Source of the DNA: Nonlabens ponticola | Lineage (GTDB): Bacteria; Bacteroidota; Bacteroidia; Flavobacteriales; Flavobacteriaceae | DNA: 32,000 bases | NCBI RefSeq assembly: GCF_003966335.1 | Contig: NZ_CP034549.1 | Span: forward strand, 1,980,001-2,012,000 | Direction: 5' to 3' | Part shown: positions 16,805 through 24,792 of the stretch, in pieces | How positions within the stretch are numbered: the stretch's first letter is position 1 | How the letters are laid out: every line of letters starts with the position of its first letter | Made by a program: the position numbers and the translations under genes | The notes under the pieces: model-generated | What the model was told of the DNA's origin: nothing | Database searches by the model: none | Seen by the model: the letters and a program-made list of their open reading frames with translations, nothing else

Positions 16805-17916
16805 GCAGAAACTGGTTTGCCATGTGTTTTTCTAATAATCAATTTTAAACTAGACGGCACTAGTTTGAGAGCATTGTACATGATTCTTGTCAATTGAGGA
16901 TTTATTAAAATGGACTGTATCCAGCGACCGTAACGCATACGATTACCAAAGTTTTTTTTCCAACTTTTTTGATATTCTGCAAGCATGGTTTTTCTTGAAA
17001 TGGTATTGTCCATATATTTCTTCACCAATTTACTCGCGATATGAGCACTATGAATAGCCATTGCCATGCCGTTGCCGCATAATGGATGAATCAATCCTGC
17101 GGCGTCACCTATGAATAAAAAATCGCTTTTAGTCTTACCACGCTTATCAAAGGATATTTGAGAGATACTTATGGGCTTGTCCCAAAGCGGTATGGCATTC
17201 TCAAAAAAAGCTTTCAAATGAGGATTTGCTGAAAGCACATGCTTATTAAATTGTTCTATTTCCTTGAATTGTTGAAAAGACTTGAAAGTCGTCAAATAAC
17301 AGAGATTAACAGCGCCTGATTCTACTCTAGATAATCCAGCATAGCCACCATTAAAATTATGCAGCTGCACCTCATTCCATGACATGTCATATTGATAATG
17401 CATCTTTACAGCAAGCCATTCGTTTTTCTTGAAAGCGAAATCTCTATCTAATGCCTTATCAAGAATGGATCGTTTTCCAGTAGCGATAATAAATTGCCTG
17501 CAAGAGAAACTTTCACGGTCCGTGGTAATCTCATGGCAATCATCAGTTGATTTTGCATTCAACACCTTTGCGGTGATGATCGTGGCTTTTTTACTTGCTA
17601 TTTTAAATAGTTCATGATCTAGGCAATATCTTGATACGCCATAACCTCCTAGCGGTAAATCATTTTGAATGAGATCACCATTGGTGGTTGACACTTTAAA
17701 CTTTTGAATGTGTGCGCTGGTTAATGTTTTTAAATTGACGCCATAAGATGCGAGCACGTCATAAATTTCGGCACTTAGGTATTCTCCACACATCTTATGA
17801 CGTGGATATTCATGAGGATCAATAAGTAAAACTTGGTATTCTTGAGATAGCTCAATAGCAGCACAAAGTCCAGAAAGACCACCACCAGCAATAATAATAT
17901 CGTATGAATTCACCAC
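16801..17916 (-). CDS. FAD-dependent oxidoreductase/monooxygenase (geranylgeranyl-reductase/UbiH-like fold)
   Basis: N-terminal DIIIAGGGLSGLCAA dinucleotide motif and GDAAGLIHPLCGNGMAMA flavoprotein motif. ATGA stop/start overlap with the methyltransferase gene. Confidence 0.85.
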   Translation of the reverse strand: MVNSYDIIIAGGGLSGLCAAIELSQEYQVLLIDPHEYPRHKMCGEYLSAEIYDVLASYGVNLKTLTSAHIQKFKVSTTNGDLIQNDLPLGGYGVSRYCLDHELFKIASKKATIITAKVLNAKSTDDCHEITTDRESFSCRQFIIATGKRSILDKALDRDFAFKKNEWLAVKMHYQYDMSWNEVQLHNFNGGYAGLSRVESGAVNLCYLTTFKSFQQFKEIEQFNKHVLSANPHLKAFFENAIPLWDKPISISQISFDKRGKTKSDFLFIGDAAGLIHPLCGNGMAMAIHSAHIASKLVKKYMDNTISRKTMLAEYQKSWKKNFGNRMRYGRWIQSILINPQLTRIMYNALKLVPSSLKLIIRKTHGKPVSA

Positions 17917-17956
17917 TACTCAAAGATAGTGGTAAGCAAACTTAAATGAGGTTCAA

Positions 17957-18175
17957 TTAAGCTTCAGAAGTTTCAGATTTCTCTGTAAAATACCTGCGTT
18001 GTATCAACTTAAGAATCAAGTAGATAACAAGTAGCGAGCTGAAAAGTCCTAACAGTAATCTTCCAGTGTACCCTAATGTTCCCTCGCTAGGTCCAAATGC
18101 TACTAAAAGAGAGAACAGAATTGTCAGAAACCATAGAACGTATCTAAAGTTATCTGCTTCATCCATAAATTTCAT
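17957..18175 (-). CDS. Small two-TM membrane protein, function unknown
   Basis: 72 aa with two hydrophobic helices. It sits in the gap between the E1 and FAD-oxidoreductase genes on the same strand. Confidence 0.45.
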   Translation of the reverse strand: MKFMDEADNFRYVLWFLTILFSLLVAFGPSEGTLGYTGRLLLGLFSSLLVIYLILKLIQRRYFTEKSETSEA

Positions 18176-18238
18176 AGCTATAGTTTTAAATGGTTACTTA
18201 GGGGCTGCGTAAAAATAGCAAATGCAACCTGTAAAAAT

Positions 18239-20224
18239 TTAATACTCCAGCAGTTTTTTTACAGCAATTTCTAGCTTTTGTTTAGGTAAATACTGATTTT
18301 CTAATCCTTTTTCAAAAGGTATAGGCGTATCTATACTACCTAACCTCATTACTGGAGCATCTAGACTTTCAAAACAGTGTTCACCTATCCATGCCGCTAT
18401 ATCACTAGCAACACTACCTGTAAGGTTATCCTCACATAGTACAATAACCTTACCCGTTTTCAATACACTTGTCTCAATGGCTTCATAGTCTAGAGGCTGC
18501 AAACACCTTAAGTCAACTAAATCGATATCGTAGTGCATTTTATCGATTATTTCTAATACCCAATGAACGCAGGCACCATAGGTGATGACGGTTAACGCTT
18601 CACCTTTGTTAATTATCTTGGCTTTTCCTAGTTCGATTTTATACGATCCTTGCGGTACATCGCCATAAACAGAACGATACAATGCCTTATGCTCAAAAAA
18701 TAAGACTGGATTAGGATCTTCAATAGCTGCTTGTAATAAACCCTTGGCGTCGTCTGGAAATGCAGGGTAAACAATCTTGAGTCCAGGAATCGTGTAGAAC
18801 CAAGCCTCATTTGATTGTGAATGGAATGGCCCAGCGCCAACGCCAGCACCACACGGCATCCTTATAACGACATCTGCTGGCTGTGACCAGCGGTAATGTG
18901 ATTTGGCTAGATAATTTACAATAGGATTAAATCCACTACTAACAAAGTCTGCAAATTGCATCTCTACAACGGCTTTCATTCCTGCGATGCTCAAACCCAT
19001 TCCAGTCTCGACTACAGCGCTCTCACAAATAGGTGTATTACGCACTCGATCTGCGCCAAATTCTTCTAGAAATGCCTCGGTTATCTTGAAAACACCACCG
19101 TAGTCAGCGATATCTTGTCCCATAAGAACCAAATCAGGAAATTTACGCATGGATTCCAGCAAACCATCTCGTATCGCGTCGATAAGTCGGATATTGGTGA
19201 TGGAGTTACTAGGTTCACTTGCAGTAAAGCTATATGGTGCGTACACATCATTTATTTCTTGCTCGATGGTTGATGATGGTAACGCTTTCGCGAAAGCGGT
19301 ATCCAAACCATCATTAATATGCTGTTTAAATTCTTGTGTAAAATCATCAATCATCATACAAGTGAGCATTCCTTGATCAAGCAACTGATCTTCTAATCGA
19401 CTGATTGGGTCAAGCGTTTCCCAATGAGCTATAAGGTCATCAGGAACGTATGCAGTACCACTGGCTTCCTCATGTCCACGACGCCTAAAGGTTTTAAATT
19501 CTAGCAGCACCGGTCGCGGATTTTCTCGAATATCCTCGAGAAGCTTACGAACCTGATGATAAACCTGCAGTACATCGTTACCGTCGATTATACGAGACTC
19601 CATGCCGTAACCCACTGCCCTATCTGCAAGATCCTTGCAAGCGTATTGCTGGCTGGTAGGCGTACTCAAACCGTAACCATTATTTTCAATACAAAACATA
19701 ACGGGCAATTGCCACACACTTGCAATGTTTAGCGCTTCATGAAAGTCGCCTTCGCTTGTGCCGCCTTCACCGGTAAAAACGATGGTCGCTTTTTTCTCGG
19801 CTCGTATTTTGTGAGCTAGGGCAATTCCATCTGCGACACCCATTTGCGGTCCTAGATGAGAAATCATCCCAATGATTTTGTGCTCTTGAGATCCAAAATG
19901 AAAACTGCGATCGCGACCCTTAGTAAACCCATCTGCCTTTCCTTGCCATTGTGCAAAAAGCTTCCATAACGGAATATCTCTAGTTGTAAAAACGCCCAGA
20001 TTGCGATGCATGGGTAGTATGTACTCATCGTCATTTGCTGCCATGGTCACACCTACTGAAATTGCTTCTTGCCCAATACCAGAGAACCACTTGGATATTT
20101 TTCCTTGTCTCAATAGAATGAGCATCTTCTCCTCTATCAATCGAGGCAGCAGCATTGCTTTATATAATGCTAGTTGCTGGTCGTGTGAAACCACAGACGA
20201 GCGTTCTTGATGAGTTTGTTGCAT
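18239..20224 (-). CDS. 2-oxoacid (branched-chain/pyruvate-type) dehydrogenase E1 component, fused alpha/beta subunits, TPP-dependent
   Basis: 661 aa. The N-terminal half carries the E1-alpha TPP motif GEGGTSEGDFHEALN...NNGYG. The C-terminal half is an E1-beta/transketolase-like pyrimidine-binding region (DRVRNTPICESAVV...PCGAG..GPFHSQS). Confidence 0.88.
   Translation of the reverse strand: MQQTHQERSSVVSHDQQLALYKAMLLPRLIEEKMLILLRQGKISKWFSGIGQEAISVGVTMAANDDEYILPMHRNLGVFTTRDIPLWKLFAQWQGKADGFTKGRDRSFHFGSQEHKIIGMISHLGPQMGVADGIALAHKIRAEKKATIVFTGEGGTSEGDFHEALNIASVWQLPVMFCIENNGYGLSTPTSQQYACKDLADRAVGYGMESRIIDGNDVLQVYHQVRKLLEDIRENPRPVLLEFKTFRRRGHEEASGTAYVPDDLIAHWETLDPISRLEDQLLDQGMLTCMMIDDFTQEFKQHINDGLDTAFAKALPSSTIEQEINDVYAPYSFTASEPSNSITNIRLIDAIRDGLLESMRKFPDLVLMGQDIADYGGVFKITEAFLEEFGADRVRNTPICESAVVETGMGLSIAGMKAVVEMQFADFVSSGFNPIVNYLAKSHYRWSQPADVVIRMPCGAGVGAGPFHSQSNEAWFYTIPGLKIVYPAFPDDAKGLLQAAIEDPNPVLFFEHKALYRSVYGDVPQGSYKIELGKAKIINKGEALTVITYGACVHWVLEIIDKMHYDIDLVDLRCLQPLDYEAIETSVLKTGKVIVLCEDNLTGSVASDIAAWIGEHCFESLDAPVMRLGSIDTPIPFEKGLENQYLPKQKLEIAVKKLLEY
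19283..19298. repeat. Iterated palindrome copy 6, CGCTTTCGCGAAAGCG, inside the E1 gene at the alpha/beta junction region
   Basis: Read directly. It encodes T-AFAKA-L. Confidence 0.95.
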
Positions 20225-20372
20225 GATTAAATATAAACTTATCGTCCTTATGATATTATTGAGGCACTAAAAATTACTAACTAATGATAAACAGATTCGC
20301 CATATTCAAGAATGTTAACGCTTCATTTTATAGAAATGCCAAAGAATGGTATCTTTAAATTATAATCTAGTG

Positions 20373-20391
20373 TGACTGCAATATGCAGTCA
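20373..20391. promoter_or_regulatory. Candidate operator or 5-prime hairpin: perfect 19-bp palindrome TGACTGCA-ATA-TGCAGTCA
   Basis: 8-bp perfect arms, 20 nt upstream of the 20411 ATG, flanked by TATAAT on both sides. Confidence 0.25.
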
Positions 20392-20410
20392 TCTATAATG
20401 ATTTTACTAC

Positions 20411-21361
20411 ATGAACAATATCCCTAGCGTCGATCTAGCCGACTTTTTGAGCGATGATCCAGAGAGAAAGAAAAAATTTATCAGTGAAATAGGTAAAGCT
20501 TATGAAGACATAGGTTTTGTTGCCTTGAAGAACCACTTTCTATCTGATGAGTTGGTTGAAAAATTATATACTGAAGTTGAAAAGTTCTTTCAATTACCTG
20601 TAGAAACCAAGAAAGGTTATGAACGTGAGGAAATAGGCGGCCAGCGCGGTTATGTGTCTTTTGGAAAAGAGCATGCCAAGGGCAAGAAAGAAGGTGACCT
20701 CAAGGAATTCTGGCATTTTGGACAAGAACCAGCTACCGATGCCGATCTAGGTGAAGAGTATCCTGACAATGTTATCGTTAAGGAACTACCAGACTTTAAT
20801 GAGACCGGTATGGAAGCTTATAGGATGCTTGAGAAAACAGGTATTCATGTCTTGAGAGCATTAGCACTTCACATAGGATTGCAAGAGAATTATTTTGATC
20901 ATTGGGCAAGCAATGGGAATTCCATCTTAAGACCTATTCACTATCCACCTATAAAATCAGAGCCGGAAAACGCTGTGCGTGCTGGAGCTCATGGTGACAT
21001 TAACCTTATTACTTTATTGATGGGTGCAAGTGCGCCTGGACTGCAGGTTCAAAATCGCAATGGCGACTGGATCGATGCTATAGCTCAAGAGGACGAACTA
21101 GTTATCAATGTAGGTGACATGTTACAGCGGCATACTAATAATAAACTGCGATCCACGATTCACCGCGTGGTGAATCCACCGCGCGAGCTGTGGCACACGC
21201 ATCGCTACAGCATACCGTTTTTCTTGCATCCACGCAGCGACATGCGCCTGGATTGCCTAGAAGAATGTATTGATGAGGATAATCCTAAACATTATGAAGA
21301 CATCACCGCTGGTGAATTCTTGCATCAGCGTCTCGTAGAGATAGGATTGATTAAAAAGTAA
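20411..21361 (+). CDS. 2-oxoglutarate/Fe(II)-dependent oxygenase (isopenicillin N synthase-like family)
   Basis: HxD...H facial triad contexts (AHGDINLITLL, RSTIHRV) and the N-terminal non-haem dioxygenase region. 316 aa. Confidence 0.85.
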   Translation: MNNIPSVDLADFLSDDPERKKKFISEIGKAYEDIGFVALKNHFLSDELVEKLYTEVEKFFQLPVETKKGYEREEIGGQRGYVSFGKEHAKGKKEGDLKEFWHFGQEPATDADLGEEYPDNVIVKELPDFNETGMEAYRMLEKTGIHVLRALALHIGLQENYFDHWASNGNSILRPIHYPPIKSEPENAVRAGAHGDINLITLLMGASAPGLQVQNRNGDWIDAIAQEDELVINVGDMLQRHTNNKLRSTIHRVVNPPRELWHTHRYSIPFFLHPRSDMRLDCLEECIDEDNPKHYEDITAGEFLHQRLVEIGLIKK

Positions 21362-21383
21362 CTTAATCTAACTATATAACAAT

Positions 21384-21409
21384 AAAGCCCGATCTCGCGA
21401 TCGGGCTTT
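21384..21409. terminator. Bidirectional terminator hairpin between convergent genes
   Basis: 11-bp stem AAAGCCCGATC/GATCGGGCTTT with loop TCGC. The flanking T/A runs are weak. Confidence 0.6.
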
Positions 21410-21430
21410 ATCATTTGATACAAAATCACT

Positions 21431-22483
21431 TTAATTTTTAAGCGATTCCATATCAATTACAAATCGATATTTCACATCGCTATCAGTAACACGATCAAAT
21501 GCAGTATTGATCTCTTGCATGTCGATCATTTCTACATCACAAACAATGTTATTCTCACCGCAAAAGTCTAGCATCTCTTGAGTTTCTTTGATACCGCCAA
21601 TGAGTGATCCTGCAATTGACTTGCGACCCATGATGATGTTACCACCGTTCATAGGCTCAAGTGGCTCAATAGCACCTACCATGACCATGGTCGCATCTCT
21701 ACCTAGCAGTTGCAAGTATGGATTAACATCGTGCTTTACTGGTACAGTATTCAAGATGAAGTCAAAAGTGCCACGATGCTTTTTCATTTGCTCGTCGTCC
21801 TTTGAAATAAGAACGCCGTCTGCTCCTAGTCTTTTGGCATCATCTGCTTTTTCTGGTGATGTTGTGATCATGATGGTTTCTGCACCCATAGCGGCTGCAA
21901 ACTTAATTCCCATGTGACCCAAACCGCCTAAACCTACCACACCTACTTTATCACCTTTTTTAATCTTCCAGTGATTAAGTGGTGAGAACGTTGTGATACC
22001 AGCACATAATAAAGGTGCGACTGCTTTGATGTCAAGATTGGTTGGGATCTTGAGAACAAAATGCTCTCTTACCGTAACGCTGGTCGAATAACCACCAAAA
22101 GTATGACCACCCAGGTGTTTGTCTTTACCATTATAAGTTCCTACCATACCATTCTCGCAAAATTGCTCAAGATCATCCTCGCATGCGCTACAGGATAAAC
22201 ATGAGTCCACCATACAACCTACACCAACTAGATCGTCCACTTTAAAGTCAGTAACCTTGTCACCTACCTCTACTACCTTACCAACGATCTCGTGACCTGG
22301 AACGATTGGATATTTTGCATTACCCCAATCGTTGCGTGCCGCATGAATATCGCTGTGACAAACACCACAGTATAAGATATCAATCTTGACATCATTATCA
22401 TTGAGTTCGCGACGTTCGATCGTCATCTCTTTTAAATCTGCATGCTCATCTTGAGCGCCGTATGCTTTAATAGTACTAGACAT
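21431..22483 (-). CDS. Zn-dependent NAD(P) alcohol dehydrogenase (cinnamyl-ADH/YahK-like MDR)
   Basis: GVCHSDIH catalytic Zn motif, structural Zn Cys cluster CLSCSACEDDLEQFC and GLGGLGHMG Rossmann motif. Confidence 0.9.
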   Translation of the reverse strand: MSSTIKAYGAQDEHADLKEMTIERRELNDNDVKIDILYCGVCHSDIHAARNDWGNAKYPIVPGHEIVGKVVEVGDKVTDFKVDDLVGVGCMVDSCLSCSACEDDLEQFCENGMVGTYNGKDKHLGGHTFGGYSTSVTVREHFVLKIPTNLDIKAVAPLLCAGITTFSPLNHWKIKKGDKVGVVGLGGLGHMGIKFAAAMGAETIMITTSPEKADDAKRLGADGVLISKDDEQMKKHRGTFDFILNTVPVKHDVNPYLQLLGRDATMVMVGAIEPLEPMNGGNIIMGRKSIAGSLIGGIKETQEMLDFCGENNIVCDVEMIDMQEINTAFDRVTDSDVKYRFVIDMESLKN

Positions 22484-22552
22484 ATTTTGTTTATTAGATG
22501 GTATCGAGTGATACCTTTATTTGAATTGTTATTTTTAAAGTTATGTTGTTAC

Positions 22553-22566
22553 GCTTTCGCGAAAGC
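22553..22566. repeat. Iterated palindrome copy 7 (intergenic), GCTTTCGCGAAAGC, preceded by TTGTTAC
   Basis: Read directly. It lies 21 nt upstream of the ATG at 22588 and 69 nt from the divergent ADH start. Confidence 0.95.
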
Positions 22567-22587
22567 TAAATACCGTAAATTCATCGC

Positions 22588-22935
22588 ATGAAACTACTTG
22601 AGATACTCACCTATTTTTCTGCTATATCTTTCTTTTTCTTTGGAATAACTTGTCTGGTGACGCCGCATATGAAACTGGAATTTACCAGATTTGGCTTGAC
22701 GACACGACAGCGTCAACTAACAGGTGTACTGCAGTTAATAGGTGCCGCTGGGTTGTTATTCTACCAGTATAACATTGTAGTGACGATGGCCGCAGCGGCT
22801 GGACTATCATTACTCATGCTTTTAGGATTCTATGTGCGTCTTAAAATCAAAGACAGCATCTATCAAAGCTCGCCTGCATTGATCTATATGTTGCTTAACG
22901 CGTTGATAGTTTTCCAGATCTGGCAAGGTCTCTAG
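22588..22935 (+). CDS. DoxX-like small membrane protein
   Basis: 115 aa with 4 TM helices. EFTRFGL...GVLQLIGAAGLL...GLSLLMLLGFYVRLKIKD...PALIY follows the DoxX-like pattern and is homologous by eye to the next gene. Confidence 0.55.
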   Translation: MKLLEILTYFSAISFFFFGITCLVTPHMKLEFTRFGLTTRQRQLTGVLQLIGAAGLLFYQYNIVVTMAAAAGLSLLMLLGFYVRLKIKDSIYQSSPALIYMLLNALIVFQIWQGL

Positions 22936-23309
22936 ATGAATATTGTCGCTAGCGACAATACTAGAAATAATGCTGCTGGAAATGATTTCTTGATTGGGTC
23001 ACCTACTTTAAAGTGCATTGAAATGGCAACTGCCATAAGTAAAACAATTCCTGCAGCGCCAACCCATTCTACACTTGGATAAAAAATAGAGATCAACAAT
23101 AATACGGCGCAAAAACATTTAATGGTTCCCACGATGATCATCATACTTTTTGATAAGCCATAAACAGCAAATTCCTCTCTCATGTTAGTGGCATCTTGCG
23201 CACGAAACTGACTATTCTTATTTCTATTAATTAGCCAAACGTTGAGAATACTCAAACCAACGATGAGTTTGAAAATGATTTCTAAAATTTCTAAAAAACT
23301 GTAATCCAT
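22932..23309 (-). CDS. DoxX-like small membrane protein (paralog of 22588..22935)
   Basis: 125 aa. EEFAVYGLSK...AVLLLISI...GAAGIVLLMAVAISMHFKVGD...PAALF parallels the convergent neighbour. Confidence 0.55.
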   Translation of the reverse strand: MDYSFLEILEIIFKLIVGLSILNVWLINRNKNSQFRAQDATNMREEFAVYGLSKSMMIIVGTIKCFCAVLLLISIFYPSVEWVGAAGIVLLMAVAISMHFKVGDPIKKSFPAALFLVLSLATIFI

Positions 23310-23373
23310 GGTTGTTAGTTAAGGGTAATACTACTAAGGTATAATTCAGGCAGAGGCATTATTGTAAATTAAT

Positions 23374-23406
23374 TCACAAAAAAACCGCTGAATTTTCCAG
23401 CGGTTT
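23374..23406 (-). terminator. Rho-independent terminator of the OmpA-like gene
   Basis: Stem AAACCGCTG/CAGCGGTTT with a 7-nt loop. On the minus strand it is followed by a T7 run. Confidence 0.8.
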
Positions 23407-23428
23407 CTGTTTTACATTTTGGATTTTC

Positions 23429-24115
23429 TTATCCTTTCACTTCTTGTTCTGCTTCACGACGCATTTCTTCACCAGCTACAATACCTATCTCTACACGACG
23501 GTTTTGTGCTCTACCTTCGGCCGTCTCGTTGGTTGCCTTAGGATCAGTCTCACCAGAATATGTTACTGCCATACGTGATGACGCAATGCCATCCTCGACT
23601 AGATAGTCTCTTACGGCAAATGCTCTTTTTCTAGATAACTCTAAATTATAAGCTGCATCACCTGTACTATCGGTATGACCAGAAACTAGAATTTCTGTAC
23701 CTGGATAATCATTCATTACACTTACTAACTTATCAAGTGTAGCTTTTGAACCTGCATTGAGTGTAGATTGATTAGTGGCAAATTTGATACCGCTACCTTC
23801 ATCAAAAGTTACAACAATACCTTCACCTACTCTTTCAACTTCGGCACCTGGAAGCTCTTGCTGAATTTCCTGCGCTTGCTTGTCCATTCTACGACCAATC
23901 ACATTACCCGCAACACCACCTACAACTGCACCGATAACGGCACCTTCAGTTTGATTATCACCATCACCAACATTGTTACCTATGATAGTTCCTAAAATGG
24001 CACCACCAGCGGCACCTATGGCGGTACCACGTTGTTGCTTATTACTATTTTTTATTGATTCACAACCAGTAAATAATACTACTGCCATTGCGATACTTAA
24101 GATTCTTGTTTTCAT
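23429..24115 (-). CDS. OmpA-family lipoprotein with an N-terminal glycine-zipper region
   Basis: Lipobox LFTGCES, a Gly-zipper (GAAGGAILGTIIGN...GAVVGGVAGNVIG) and an OmpA C-domain (SGHTDSTGDAAYNLELSRKRAFAVRDYL...NRRVEI). Confidence 0.9.
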   Translation of the reverse strand: MKTRILSIAMAVVLFTGCESIKNSNKQQRGTAIGAAGGAILGTIIGNNVGDGDNQTEGAVIGAVVGGVAGNVIGRRMDKQAQEIQQELPGAEVERVGEGIVVTFDEGSGIKFATNQSTLNAGSKATLDKLVSVMNDYPGTEILVSGHTDSTGDAAYNLELSRKRAFAVRDYLVEDGIASSRMAVTYSGETDPKATNETAEGRAQNRRVEIGIVAGEEMRREAEQEVKG

Positions 24116-24140
24116 GTTTATTGTTTTATTAAGGGTAAAA

Positions 24141-24620
24141 TTATTCTGCTAATTTTCTAAAATTCATACTTACTATTACCGTGCGACCATCAACTAAAAC
24201 ACTTTGGTTCCATGTCATGCTATTTTCTGTGATATTCTTTACATTGACACGGTATCCTGCGTCAGTCTCGCTCTTGTAGTTATCGCCAGTAGGCTTGATC
24301 AACAGATCACCTTCAATGATGTCCTTTGATCCAGGTACAGACCAGATAAAATTGCGCGTTCCTGTAGTACATGATGGGTCTTCAATACTGTAATTACCTC
24401 GATTATTATTGGCAACAAAATACCACATGCTACCTTCAAAACATTGGCCAGTAACATCCTGCAATAAGGTAGATTCAAATTGACCGTTACCGCTGTAAGT
24501 CACGCTATCGATAGTCCAGTTACCACCTACATTATTTTCGGTTTGTTTTACAGCGTTTTTGGTACCACAGCCTACAAGAAGTAAGGCCGCAAACAATGAT
24601 GTAAAAAGATACTTTTTCAT
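24141..24620 (-). CDS. Lipocalin-like lipoprotein
   Basis: Lipobox LLVGCGT. GNWTIDSVTY near the N-terminus is typical of the small lipocalin-like domains of Bacteroidota. It is 25 nt upstream of the OmpA-like gene. Confidence 0.55.
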   Translation of the reverse strand: MKKYLFTSLFAALLLVGCGTKNAVKQTENNVGGNWTIDSVTYSGNGQFESTLLQDVTGQCFEGSMWYFVANNNRGNYSIEDPSCTTGTRNFIWSVPGSKDIIEGDLLIKPTGDNYKSETDAGYRVNVKNITENSMTWNQSVLVDGRTVIVSMNFRKLAE

Positions 24621-24765
24621 AATTCCTTTTTAAGTTAAAGTAATAGCAATATTATAAGGATCTAAAGCATCCATTACAGTGTTTAACTATGTTTAACAGC
24701 AATCAGTTAAAATGCCATTAAGGGATCAAGAACTTATAAAATCTGGTGAACTGTCCGACAAAATG

Positions 24766-24773
24766 TACCTTTG
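24766..24773 (+). promoter_or_regulatory. Candidate Bacteroidota -7 promoter box TACCTTTG (TAnnTTTG)
   Basis: Exact match to the TAnnTTTG consensus, 20 nt upstream of the ATG at 24793. No clear -33 TTG was seen. Confidence 0.3.
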
Positions 24774-24792
24774 TGGTAATATTTTGATTATT

